From positions 2,455,502-2,519,501 of the forward strand of contig MU058059.1 of NCBI GenBank assembly GCA_013265495.1: a DNA stretch of 64,000 nucleotides. The letters run 5' to 3'. Numbering within the stretch: position 1 is the stretch's first letter; each line of letters begins with the position of its first letter. Shown here piece after piece: positions 49,985 through 62,686 of the stretch. The notes under the pieces were generated by a model. That model saw only the letters and a list, made by a program, of their open reading frames with translations. It did no database searches and had not been told where the DNA came from. The position numbers and the translations under genes are program-made. The DNA comes from Vicugna vicugna (Eukaryota).

Positions 49985-51520
49985 CAGAGGTAGAATGATG
50001 TAACGAACTTACTATACTCAGCATCCGACTTTAACAACCAACAATAGGTGGCCGATTGCCGTCTCTGTTTCCACCTGCTCCCCCTCTGGTTATTTTGAAG
50101 CAATTTCAGTCATCCTATCATTTAACTTGTAAATGTTTCTCTAAAACAAGAGTTGGCAAACTTTTTCTGCGAAGGGCCAGAAAGCAAATTTTGCAGGCCA
50201 GGGTCTTTGTTGCTGATGTTCAACCCTGTTGTCCTAGCAGGAAAAACAGCCCCAGACAACACATCAGTGGATGAACGTGGCTGTTTTCAGTACAGCTTTA
50301 GGTGTGGACACTGACATTTGACTTTCATGGCATTTTCATGGTCAAAAAATACTATTCCTCTTTTGAATTTTTTTCAACCATTTAAAAAATGTAAAAACCA
50401 TTCTGAACCTTCAAGCTGTACAAAGCAGGTGGTGGGACAGATTTAGCCTCAAACCCCTGCTCTAAATGATAAGAGCTCTTCAAACAAAGGTGATTGTCAT
50501 CGTGTATGCCCTGCAGAGACGGGCAGTGTTCCTGTTTCCTTGACTGCCTTTGTAAGTCTGTTTCCTTTAGGAATTTGATTTGTGATTGTGGTGGAGCTGA
50601 CAGTTTGCAGCTGGATGAGGAGTCTCTTAACGTCCTTTTCATCTGTGGGTTCTCTATTCATTTCCCTCCATTGTACTGGTTGTTACTGTTGTTGAAACTG
50701 TGTTTGTCCCAAACAGTCTCCTGTATTTTGAGTTTTGCTTGTTGCCATCCGGTTGCATCATTTAACATGTTCTTCTGACTGCTGTGTTTCTTGAATTATA
50801 TCTCTTTCTGTGACGTCATCAGCCCTTGCTGTTCATTCCTAGGCTCATTCATTAGAGGTTGCAGAAAGGTCCAATTCTCCCTCCTTCTTTGTTTAGTCAC
50901 TAGAATAATTCTAAAAAGAGAAGCTCTCCTGGTATCAACCATTTGGGTGTCCTGATACCTGGGTCATGAAGGGAAGGTGATATAAATACTTGATGCTTTG
51001 TCTTTTTTGGCAAGTCCTCAGAAACAGTGAGGTAGTTCCCTGGCCAGCCCTCAAAGTGAGCAGAGGGGCTGTTAGTGTTACTGCCCCTGATGTCACCGCC
51101 ATCGTCGTCATCACTGACCAGTGGATTTTAACACAGCTCATGAGTTTTGACCCACCCACTTACTATTCTCGTTGCTGCTCAAACCTCCCGCCCCTAAACA
51201 GTGAGGCTACTCAGGGTGGGTGGCCCCTGTCCTGGGCCGTCTCGAGGGATCTCTTGATTTCTGCTTGACAGTATGTTCCAGGGCTGTATTTTCCATTTTC
51301 CATCTTCCTGACCGAGGCTTGGCCGTTCCTCCAGGGAGCCCGGGCTCTTTTTCAGGGGAAACTGGTAATTAGAGATGATAACCTGAGCGTAGAGGTGCAT
51401 ATAACTGCGTGTTACTGTTTCTGGGTCTTCCCATCAGACAGAGCTAGGGGATATATACGCGCACACAGGGACACATTTAAAAATGAGCTGTATCCTGAGA
51501 TCGTGTCTTTGAGATCGTGG
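49985..51520 (-). mobile_element. Old L1 (L1MC-like) 3' UTR fragments hosting the MER58 insertion
   Basis: ttattttgaagcaatttcagtcatcctatcattt...tgtaaatgtttc; tgttccagggctgtattttcc...ccagggagcccgggctctttt. Confidence 0.55.
50147..50459. mobile_element. MER58B-like hAT-Charlie DNA transposon
   Basis: caagagttggcaaactttttctgcgaagggccaga...aaacccctg, with an 8-bp TSD ctctaaaa (50139-50146) / ctctaaat (50460-50467). Confidence 0.85.
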
Positions 51521-54014
51521 CTGACCGCTCAGACACTGATGTCTCCCTCTTGTTAGGGAGCTGTTGTTACAGTTCTGAAGGAAGCAGGCTCAGGTCCTGG
51601 CATTGTGAACCCGGACCTTTACTCTGGCAGCCCCCTTAGATTGAAGTGGCAGGATTCGTCCAGTCAGCACTGGCTGTTTGAGTTTAAGACTAGAGAACGT
51701 CTCATTTCATTAGTATTTCTAATCACTGCATTTAGTATGTATATCCTGTATTATTTGGTTGAATCTCTAAATAAAATTTAAAACCCAGTTTGGTTAAATA
51801 ATATTACTCATATATTGCAAACATATATTGATTTGTGTCTAAATATCAGAATGAGGTTCTCAGTTTTCATAATCAGAATTTTTTACTTGAATAGGCCTAT
51901 AAGACTATTAACTATTTGAATAATACGTAACTTTGGTATCTGCACGTTACTTTGGCTATCTGTCTATCCATTGGCCGATTAAAGTGTACTTGTCAATTTA
52001 TCTTCATAGTATATGCTGATATAAGTAAGCACTTCTGGTTCTAGTATTCCAAACTGATAACTATTTGGGTCAGCTTGGTTATGTCCTAGAAATCAGAGGT
52101 CAGCACTATCTTAGTTATTAAAGTAAAAAAATACATGTTCCCCACACAGTAGATTTGTTGGGGTATTCCATTATGACTGGATTTAGATGACATGAAATGT
52201 TTTAAACAAAATTTTTCCAAGCCCTGCTGATGCTATTAGTGATCCTAGTGGTTTGAATTTCAATCAGTATATTACAGATGGGCATACTTGAAAGTGGGAT
52301 AATACGGACTATTTTTCCTATTAAATTAATGAAAGTGCAGTTTAATCCCCACCTGTCTGGCGAAGGAAGGGCGACCGACTGTCCCGCGTCTCCTCTTAGC
52401 CCCTGCACTCAGAGCAGCCCCGGTGGGACTGATTCATTTCCTCCTAGTGTGGCTACCTTCCCAGACCTCAATTTCTTTCAGTCATTGCTCTGATTATTGC
52501 AAAAGTATTTCTGGAAGACTTAATATGTGTCTTTTTTGCTGGCAAATGACTCCTCATTTAGAAGTCCTAGACTTAGTCTGCTGCATAAAGAAGGCTGGAA
52601 GTCTAATTTAAATAACTATCAGTACTTTTTCTCTGGCTTGTTCAAATTGAAATGCAGGCGTGTTTGAAGATACTCTTGCTTTTATAAAAAGCTGTATTTA
52701 ACCCACTAAGATTATTTCTTTGCAGACATGGCCGTGATGGTGGTTTCATTAAGTTAACAAAAGACAGGCCACTGGTTTCTTCAGCACCTGGACATTCAGG
52801 CGCCCTGTTCCAGGGACTGTGTCCTGTGCTCTGTTCCACCGCGAGCTCTCGTATTCTGAAGAACAGTCACACTTGGTGATGTCTCACTGTCCTGCTCTAA
52901 TGTTACTAGGAACACAGAGCTCCAGTCCTCGGCAGGGCGGCTTCTTTCTAACTCCGTGAAAAGTGGGAGAGACCTGCTTGACAGATGTGCTCCCTCTACG
53001 GGGCATGTTTTCATCATTTTGTTCCACCAGCATGACAAAAAGTCTCCCCATCGACTCCAAGATACTCAGGAGCACCTGAGGACTTGAGCGCACTGTCCTG
53101 TCTGGACATCCCTGTCATGAGGGGAGGCAGACAGGGAAAGGACTCACGGCCTTTTCACATCGCAGAAAATGCACCAGCCACTGGTCCCCGCCTTCCCTGT
53201 TAGCTCTGACCTGACGAAGGGCACTTGGGGACCAAAAGGCATCTTAAAAATCAATTTGTACAGTTACCCATTCGTGGCCTAAATCTCTTCCAGTATTACC
53301 ACCAGCCCTCCCTGTGATGCACCAGGCATGGTTTTGTCCTAGAATTACAGCAGCAAAGAGCCTGCAGAAGATCCCTGCCTTTGTGGGGAGGAAGTCTAGT
53401 AGTGGGAGATAAACAGTTGTTTCCTTTTATCTCATGTTATCCGTTCAAGTGCTGGTTATTTGACAGACACCTCAGTGATGTCATCAAAGGTGTTGACAGG
53501 CAGATGTTTTGGAGGAATCAAGGAAATATCCTTTGCCACGGCTCCAGCATCCTTCCACCTCCATGCTGACCAGCAGCCTTGGACTCTGGTTATTCCTGGG
53601 TTTCTGGTTGACCCTCCTTTCTCAGCACTTGGCCCTTGTTGCTGTCCTCTGGTCCACGGAGGTGTCGTAGACAGTGCTGCTAGCTGCCTTGCGGAGGGCT
53701 GTGAACACTGTCTTCCTCCATTCATAAGGACCCAAGAAAGAGGATCTGACACCAGCAGGGTGAAGGGTCGGGTGTCTCCCTTTTGCATACCCCGTTCTCC
53801 TCAGAGAAGAAGGGCTCCTGTCCTTCCTCCTCCATGAACTCAGCCATGGATCATGTCTTGACGCACGTGACCAGAGAACTGAGCTAATACAGAACCGACA
53901 GACTGCTGATGAATGTTTTCAGCATCAGGACACAGGAAGACCATTATTAAAGTGTAAATGTCAGGGTGTCAAAGGAAAAGAACAAATATGGCGAGAAGCT
54001 TGGAAGTGCGTGGC

Positions 54015-54305
54015 CAGCTCTCTCGTCTGTCTTCTCCTGGTCCCTGTCCCTGTGGTCTGTGGTCCTTCCCTCCGCTGCACCCCTCTTCTCCCATCGCCTC
54101 CCCCAGCTCCTCTCCTGTCCTTGTCGCTTTCCATCTTGCCCTGCCACCGCCCATCTTTCTCTGCAGGTCTCACTTCTTCCCCTCCCTCTCGTTTGTCCTG
54201 TCGGTCTCCCTGCCTCTCTCTCCTGCCTCCTTTAGACTCTCCCAGTTTATTCCCCTGTCACCTCATCCATCTTATGTGAGGCCAGTCCTCAGGCTGCTCT
54301 CCTAA
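54015..54305. repeat. Pyrimidine-rich (C/T) low-complexity tract
   Basis: About 290 bp dominated by ctcc/tccc/tctc units. Confidence 0.75.
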
Positions 54306-55754
54306 CTCACGTTTTCTAAGTGGGATTTTTCAACCTGCGGTGATGCCGCAAATTTCAATGAGATGCATCAGTCTGAGTGATTAATCTTACAGATATTTAA
54401 ATACTGCCCTGCGTCCCAGATTCTAAGCACACATTTAAGGAGTGCTGCGTGCACTTCAGGTAAACTATCTTAAGTGCATTTAATCTCACTTAATTTGGTT
54501 CATGTGGTCCATCTGCAGAACTATGCCCTTGTGGGTATTGAAGATGTGACTCTCCAGGGAGATCCTTGTCCTGTGAAAAGAGGTCAGTGTAGGCTGCATC
54601 TCACAGTGTTATAAGGAATTTATCATTCTCCAAAATATTAAAAATGGGATTCATTTTAATTTAAAAATGCTATCATGTAAGAAGGTAACTGAATCTGTAC
54701 CACAAAAGGCATGTAGTACTACAAAAATAAATAGAAGTACTTGTCTGAAACTTTTACTCATGATCATCTGCGTTTCTTTTTTTCCCAGTATGGTACAGAG
54801 CTTTGGAAGAATTAACAGGAAAATGTCAGTCATTTAGGCCAGTTCTCTGTCCTGTTTCATCTGTTTGTAATATTCAAAAGGATTTGGAAAATAACAATTT
54901 TAGGAGCCATTTGAATTCTCATTAAAAAACATAGCTCTTACAAATAGATACTCTTTACAGAGACTTTCACGTTATCCCCAAAACCTTAAAATTTTTATTC
55001 CCTTTGACCTAATAATTTTAGGAAATAGGGATTGCCATAATAATAGTGACAAATATAAATAATTTAAGTGTGTAGCAATAAGGAAATACTGACATAAATA
55101 ATGGTTACAGCCATAAAATTGGAAACATTGAAAAACAAGTTTTTGAAATTATCTAGTGCTGTGAAACCCTGTACAGGTATCACAGGCAGTTCAAACAAAG
55201 AGATAAATCCTCATACATATTTTGGACCACGATTTCAGTTTTTATTTAAATTAAAATGAGATTTAGCCAGAAATAAACTAAAATGCCCTAAAATATTCAG
55301 GGTATTTATCTCTAAGTGGTAGGATTAAGCAGAGTTTTTTTTAAATGTCCCTATTTTTTATTTCCCATATTTTAAAAAAGTTCCTAAAGTAAACATTTGA
55401 ATTTGGAAATCATTCTCTCTTTATTGTCCTTCAGAACATACGCCCTGTCGGGTCTGCCCTTGCCAGGTGCAGGTGGTATCTCGCAGACGTCGGCCGTGCT
55501 CCGCCGTCAGGATTCTGTGTTTGGCTGAACAAAGCCTCTCTCTCTCACTTCCTCCTTGGTCCCTGCTTGGACATATCACGTCTGCTCTGTGTCTCACTCC
55601 GTTCTCTATCCAGCCTACAAAGTACATTTTACCTCTTCTTTGAAAACATTTTTAACTTGCACTTTAGGTCATTTTAGGGGAGTCTTCAGATGCAGGGGCA
55701 GAAGCCAGAGTTTTTGCTACTAAGCTGCATTAGGTAATGATAGCTCTTAAGAAT

Positions 55755-56810
55755 TTGTCATAAAATATTCATATAAGGAAGTTTGGCATTCTGACCATTT
55801 TTAAGGGTACAGCCCTGTGGCAGTCTATTCACAATGTTGTGGAACCATGAGCACTATTTCCAAAACTTTTCCATCACCTGAAATAAATATCACTAAGAAA
55901 TCTTCCCGTTCTCCTTATCTCCCAGCCCCTGGGAACCTCCAGTCTGTGTTCTGTCCCTATCAGTTTGCTGACTCTAGATCCCTCATCTATGTGGAATCAC
56001 TGTATTTGTCTTTCTGTGATTGGTTTGTTTCACTTAACACAAGGACCTCAAGGTTCATCCATGTTGTTGCAGATGCCAGAATTTCCTTCGTTTTTAAGGC
56101 TAAATGACATTCCCTTGCATGGATACATCACCTTTTATTTATCTACTGATCCATCAGCAGATGCTTGGGTTGTTGTCCCCCTTTTGCTATTGTGAATGAT
56201 GCTGCTGTGAACGTTGGCATTTAAGTGTCTGTTTGAGTCCCTGTCTTTAATTCTTTTGGGGCTATGTCTAAGAGCAGAATTACTGAGTAATATGATCATT
56301 CAACGTCTAACTTTCTGAGAAATTGCCAAACTGATTTCCACAGTGAGTGCATCATCTTATATTCCCACCATCAGTGCACAAGGGTTCCATGTCTCCACAT
56401 CGTTGCCAACACTTGTTTTTCTTTCTTCCTGTTTTGGGCAGTGGCCATCCTTCTGGTTAAGAAGTGGTGTCTCATTGTGGTTTGCATTTCCCTATTGGCT
56501 GATGATGTGTTGAGCATCTTTTCATGTGTTTATTGGCCATTTCTGTCTTCTTTGGGGGAAATAGCTATTTAAGTCCTTTGCCCATTTAAAAATTGGATTG
56601 TTTGGGTTCTTTTTTTTTTTTTTTTTTGCTGAGGTGGTTTTGTTGAGTTGTAGGAATTCTTTATATATTTGGAATATTAATCCCCTTTGAGACATATGAT
56701 TTGTAAATATTTTCCCCATTCTGTTGGTTGCATTTCACTCTCTTGATAGTGTCCTTTGAGACACAAAGGTTTTTATTTTGATGAAAGCTAGTTTATCTGT
56801 TTTTTCTGCC
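55755..56810 (-). mobile_element. LINE-1 (L1MB-like) 3' region, about 1 kb
   Basis: caaggttcatccatgttgt...tttttaaggctaaat...gctattgtgaatgatgctgctgtgaac...tttgtaaatattttccccattctgt. Confidence 0.88.
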
Positions 56811-57971
56811 CTTGGATAAGTCATAGATGAGCTTCCTTATCTGTAATTTGGGAATTGTGGTTCCTGCTTAGTTTCATACCCACCAGCCTGGTTGTTTTGA
56901 TCAGAGTCTAAACGTGGTTAGGTAAGGGCTGGTTCTCTTAACCCCATGCTCCCGGTATATGTAGAGTGCCTGCCTCCTAAAACGTGTTTACTAAGTGGGG
57001 GTTGAATGAACACTTGAATCCACGAACATGTAAATGATTTACTACAAGATGACCTGCAGATCTGAGCAAGGTTTATGATTCAGTCTGGATCCTAAGCTAA
57101 AATGATTGCTAGCGAGCACTAGGTGTCTCCTTCTTGTCTACTGTTCCTCTTGAACAAGCTGACTCTAGCTTTCTGTGGGATTCAACACATGAGATTTTTT
57201 TTTAAAAAGACCCATTCCTGAGCGTCCCTGTGACTTGTTGGATTTGTGCAGAGCTGTTAGCTGGAAGCCGTTTATTTTAAAGGATAAATCTGGGGCCTGA
57301 AGACAACAGCTATGAAGTAAGGCTCCTTGACATTTGTGTAGATCCAACACAGAGGTTTCCTTAAACATGAATGTCCTTGTCCTTACAGCTTTGAACAGTT
57401 GGAAGGGTTCCGTAAACCCGTACTTTAAAATTCTTCTGAATAGACATTCTTTAGAGACAGGTTCATTCCATTAGGAACAATATTACAAGATTCCTGTAGA
57501 ACTATATTCTTAAAAGAGTCATGCTCCAAGTAAGTAGTTAATAAATCAGTTTTGTTGTTGTTGTGTTAGTAAAGTAAACAAATAATTACAAATGTGACGT
57601 CTACCTATATTCAGGGCTCTTTTTTTTCAAAACTGGACATTAGGTTGTTTTTTTTTTTCCCCAATTTGATTTAATTTTATAGAGTGGTAGGTCTAAGGTT
57701 ACTCCTAGTGGTAGAAGTCAATTATTTATCTATTTGGGGGATAGGATGGGAGACTGAATGTATGAGATACAGAGAGAAATGCCCTCTCTTGTTAATAATG
57801 CTAGATTAATTTTGTTTTGTTTACCTAACTTCTCAGTGTCCTTTATCAAATGGAATTTAGGGGATTTACTAAACAAAAAAGGCATGCCAGTTAATAAGGT
57901 ATAGAGTTAACATCATATTCTGACCTATGACTTGCTCAGCTCTGAACAGGGCACTTGTGGCCCTGGTCCTA

Positions 57972-58532
57972 ACGAGGGTGGGAACCGGTGTTGCGCACTC
58001 CCGGTTTCCGTCGCGGTGGCGGGAACTGTACTGTGCGGCACCGCGGGCGCTTCCCGGCCCCACGGAGCCGCGAGCCGCCCGGCCAGCCCCTCGGGGCGCT
58101 CGCTGCCCCCGGAGCCCCCGGCTCCCCCGTCCTGCGGCTCCTCCGTCCTGCGCCTCCCTCAGCGGCACCGGGGCAGGGGAGGCCCGCGGGCGTCCGTGCG
58201 GCTGTGGCCGGGGTGAGCGTTCAGTTCTGTGGCCGCCGCTCGGTGGCCGGGCCGTGCGTGGCCTGCGGCGCCGGGCCGCCCGACCCAGGGGGCGTTCGGG
58301 CAGCCTGTCCGCCTGTCTCCTTCGACTCGTCACCCGCTTGTTCCAGAACCCGAGCGGGGACGTGTGGTGCCGTCACTGGGCCAGGATCCCTGCTGCGGCT
58401 TTACATTCTCACCCTGCCCGCCGCTGAGGCGTCTGCCGCCTCCTCACCGCTGAGCACACGGGCGCCAGGAAGGGACCCCCGGTGCGGCTGCGTGCGGCAC
58501 GTGGCCGGTCTGGCTCCCAGACTCGTGTCCGG
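57972..58532. promoter_or_regulatory. Intragenic CpG island in PTPRM intron 5; candidate internal promoter
   Basis: About 560 bp, very GC-rich by eye, with CpG roughly as frequent as GpC and not repeat-like. Contains ETS-like ccggtttccg (58001-58010), ZNF143/SBS-like gggaactgtact (58021-58032) and donor-like GG|gtgagc (58213). Confidence 0.8.
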
Positions 58533-58654
58533 TAGGGCTTGCTGGCAAAGAAGAGGTCACAGAAAAAGCTTTCAAAAGGCTTTACCTCATGTAAGGAGTC
58601 GCACAGATGATCTGAGTTATGCATAGCCTGGCGTTTTCAGACCTAGAAACACAT

Positions 58655-58810
58655 TTATTTTTATTGTTATTTTTATGTACTTGTTTGTTTGTTTTTATTT
58701 GGGGGGTAGTAATTAGGTGTACGTATGTATTTAGTGAAGGTCCTGAGGACTGAACCCAGGACCTCGAGCATGCTGAGCATACACTCTACGACCGAGCTGT
58801 ACCCTCCCCC
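58655..58810 (-). mobile_element. tRNA-derived SINE (Vic-1-like)
   Basis: T-rich tail, gtaattagg, then ctgaacccaggacctcgagcatgctgagcatacactctacgaccgagctgtaccctcccc. Confidence 0.88.
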
Positions 58811-58899
58811 GGCCATAAACACAGACGTTTTAAAAGAGCCTGCCAGTCCCTGAATGCGCAGGTCTCTTCCACCTCCCCAGTTCCCCCGCTGCCTTGATT

Positions 58900-59075
58900 T
58901 CATCCAAAGCCTTCAGCTGTCTAACCGTCTCAGGCTTCCTGTTCTGTCTCCTCTGCCTGGGGTGCTCCTTCTCCCCGCCACTCCCCTCCCCTGGCCCTGG
59001 CGGCTCCCACTTACCCTTCAGATCTCAGCTCCAGTGTCACTTCCTCAGATGGCCTCCTACGGCCACCACATCTAA
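58900..59075. mobile_element. L2 fragment
   Basis: cttcagatctcagctccagtgtcacttcctcaga is an L2 3'-region hallmark. Confidence 0.5.
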
Positions 59076-60137
59076 AGATGGCCCAATTGTGATTTCTGCC
59101 ACCAGCTGATTGGTCCTGTCACTGCACTGGCTATCGCTGGTGGTCATGGGTCCATTTCAGTTTCAAACTGAGGCACTGGGAGCCTTGGGGCCACTTTTTG
59201 TCATCCACCGCTGTGAGTGGCCAGGTGATGACAGGGGCACAGTGCTTGAGTGTCATGCATTTTCCTTAATGTCTTTGCCCATTGTTTTCTCCTTAAAACT
59301 TGCAAATAACATGTTAAAAAATAGCCTCTTTCCTGATAATTATAGAAAAAAAATACATAGAACTGAAATCTGTAGCCTTCTTTTGAGGCTTTAAACTATG
59401 GGAAGCATAGAATGGATTTCCAAGTGTGCAGCACTGAAGACTTCCTGAAGTCTCGGGGATAACGTCAGACAATGCTGCCCCAGTGATGGAACCTGCTTTG
59501 TGTGGTCCTTCTGTGGGGCGTGGGGACAAACGTCTCTCCTAGTGCTTCAGTGTCAGGTGACAGTGAGCATCTGCTTCTGCTTGGTGTTTGTAGATCCAGG
59601 AAGAGCGTCATAAAACTGAGGCTAGTCCTTCAGACCCATTTCATACTAATACCTGCTTACATTTCTAATGTAACTCTTGATAAGCTGTTTATTGGTTCAT
59701 TTATAAAATGAGGTCAGTAATAGGGTAGTGTGTGAATTAATTTTGTTTCATAGCCAAATATAAGAAAAATACAGTAAGTATCATGAAAAGACAAAATGCT
59801 GATAGTTTGGGAACAAAATAAAGAATGTTTCTGTGTGCTTTTCCCTCTCTGTCTGTTGAGCTAGTATAACATGGTTAACATCTTGAAGGGGCAAAACCGA
59901 GACATTCTTGCACACTTGATTTTGCCTCCCTCAATGCTGAAAGTGTTGATCGAGGCAGAATTTCAGTTTCCTGGGCAGCTGTTCTCCTGGAACAATTACC
60001 CATGAGTGGTAAACAAGGGAACCAAGATCTGCACAGAAGTAACATGGGTGACATCCCTCCTGCCCCTTAGGTGTCTCACTGGCTCAATACGGCGGTTGAT
60101 ACTGTGTCTTTCTGTCCTCCCACACCCACTCTTACAG

Positions 60138-60312
60138 GGCATCGATGTACGAGATGCTCCCCTGAAGGAGATAAGGGTGACCAGTTCCCGGAGATTCATA
60201 GCTTCGTTCAACGTCGTGAACACAACCAAACGAGACGCTGGAAAATACCGCTGCATGATTCGCACCGATGGAGGTGTTGGCGTATCAAACTACGCAGAAT
60301 TGGTAGTTAAAG
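60138..60312 (+). CDS. PTPRM: PTPRM coding exon (exon 6), 175 bp, second half of Ig domain; phase 0 to phase 1
   Basis: Acceptor cccactcttacag ends at 60137 and donor AAG|gtattt starts at 60313. Translates GIDVRDAPLKEIRVTSSRRFIASFNVVNTTKRDAGKYRCMIRTDGGVGVSNYAELVVK, with the Ig D-x-G-x-Y-x-C motif. Confidence 0.97.
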
Positions 60313-61154
60313 GTATTTAATGTATTTTTATACTTCCCCGTAGTCTGTTAAAAGAGACACATGAGATGGTTGTGGACTCAGGATTTGTTTCAAGCTCACA
60401 CTTATCCTTGTCTGTTTCTGAACAGTAATTTGGTGACAGGCTGTATTGATGGATTGCATTTTAAGTCCTAATTTTGCATGTGAGCAATATTTTTGAAAAA
60501 TGTATTTTATTTACACTGGTTCGGTTGCCTACAAAGCAATGAACGTGCTATTGGCAAGTTCTTCTGCCAGGTCTGTATACAGAGATTACAACCTATAAAT
60601 TTTTTTTTAAGGAATGAAATTTTTTTACTGGTAGAAAATCACTTAAAATGCAAATGTGTACCAGCCAGGGTGTTTATGATAGCAGGGTGGTTAATAAAAT
60701 GAAGCAGTGTCAGGATAAAAATGTTCCAGCATATCACACAAGCCATATTGATAATACTGAGTTACCATTCATAATGTTGCCGTTAGGGTCTATTACTATA
60801 TTTTGCATGACTGAAAAATTGAGTCATTATATTCAGGAAGGTGGGGGATGAGGGCAAAAAAAGAGAGGGGAAATAAGTTTTCCTTTAGCTGGTTTGATGT
60901 TTGTGTGTGTGTATGTGGACTTAGGAGTTCATAGGATTAAACTGCTAAGGCACTTTTTGGTCCCAGACAGAATAATTTGGACTTTGAGATGTACCCTGAG
61001 ACATTTTTAGACAACGTGTAGGAAGTCATTGCTGTTTCATCCTAGGGGAACAGAATGATGCCTGCTTTTAAATTTTTTCCCTGCATCTGTTAAATAGGGA
61101 ATGAAATTGATCTCTTTTGGATGGTCTGTTCCTTTTGTCAGCAAATTTCTCTAC

Positions 61155-61365
61155 ACAGGCAGTCTTACAGACTGCAGGGTTCAAACCCCAGAGCTAGCCA
61201 TGTGGCTGAGGGTGTATGGCTTATCTTCTCAGTGCTTCTGTTTCCTCCTGTTTAAAATTGAGTTAATAATGTGACCTACCCTAAAGGGCTATCAGGAGGC
61301 CCAGATGCAAAATGCATGTGAGCAGCACTTAGAACCAGGTACCTGGTAGACAGCCAGCACCTGTT
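61155..61365 (+). mobile_element. MIR SINE
   Basis: cagactgcagggttcaaacccc...ctgtttcctcctgtttaaaattgagttaataatgtgacctacc...gcacttagaac. Confidence 0.65.
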
Positions 61366-62455
61366 GCAGTGGGATGGGGTGGTTCTTACTCTCCCCTCCA
61401 GTCCGTTAGTGGTCCTTGTCTGAGAATGCACGGCAGAGCCACCTTGCCCAATTTAAAAAAACATAAGTACCTGCCCACCTTTTCTCCATTCACACCAGCT
61501 TACCCACGCTGAATTGAAATCTCAGGGACACAGCCTCTGCGATAAAATAGGTGATTTGGGCATATACTCCTGTCATGAGATCACTGCTGTCAGGGCTAGT
61601 CATGCCTGGCTTTTGGGGAGCCTGGCCCCTAGCAGTGTTTATCTGCAGCCATGACTGAGGGTCCCTGGGAGGAAGCAGGCACTGGCATCTCTACTGGAAT
61701 GATCTCTTTTGCCACATCAGATCCCTTGTACTAACCAGCCCATCTGGCTAGTATCTGAGTTTGGGTTTAACATCTGTAAGAAAACTTAAACCTCTGCCGA
61801 GGTATGCACACCCTGCCCTGCAGAAGGCTCTCTGGAAAGTGGGGGGTCTCTGCGTGGCCTGAACCTGGGCAGCAAATCCAGGAGAGGATCCTCCTCACTG
61901 CCCCCATGGCCGAGCTCTCCACTGTCAGCATCGTCACTTGATTTTCATCTTGGTTTGGATCTCTGTGTCCATCTTCTGAGTTCTGGCTGTGACAATGCTG
62001 CACTGTGACCAGCCGGAACCAGGGGAGGCGGGGTGCTTCGTGATCAGTGTGCTGCCAATCTTGTGATGTCTTTAAACGCTGCCTCAGTGGGAAAGTTAAT
62101 TTATTGGGGATCACAAGGAAGGCAGAGGTTTCTAGTCTGCCAGAACAACGGAACACAGAGGATGGGTGGGTTCTTACATTCCTGCCTCACGTTTTCCTGC
62201 CTCATCACAGCCTAGAGGGGTCTTGGCTCATTGTCAAAAATGTCAAGGGACCTTCCTCCATCTCTGCCCCCTGCCAGCACTGGTGACAGTAGACTTGCAG
62301 TTAACAGCTCAAATCTGGAATTTAACTTTTCCTCCATTGATATTTTTATTGCCATATTTTGCATATATTTTATTTTGTAAAATGAGATAGCATGCTGGAT
62401 TCTACTAGTTTAGAAAGGATTACCTTGAGACAATTACTTTAAAATATTTAATGAT

Positions 62456-62600
62456 GGGGGAAGGTATAGCACAGTGGTAGAGCGCACGCTCAGCGTGCAC
62501 TAAGTCCTGGGTTCAGTCCCCAGTATCTCCGTTAAAAATAAATAAATAAATAAATCTAATTACCCCCCCAAAAATAAATAAGTAAAATAAAAGAAATAAT
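62456..62600 (+). mobile_element. tRNA-derived SINE (Vic-1-like)
   Basis: gggggaaggtatagcacagtggtagagcgc...gtcctgggttcagtccccagta...(aaat)n ctaattacccccc plus A-rich tail. Confidence 0.88.
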
Positions 62601-62686
62601 TTTTTTTATTTTAAAAAAGTTATGACATTTTTAGGCTATGTATAGATATTTGAACACTTTTTATATGCAGATATTTAGAAGACAAA

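Noticed and set aside
57869..58626. Overlapping long ORFs (154-212 aa) on both strands
   Set aside because: Arg/Pro/Gly/Ala-rich products are expected from stop-codon-poor CpG-island DNA; no recognisable domain.
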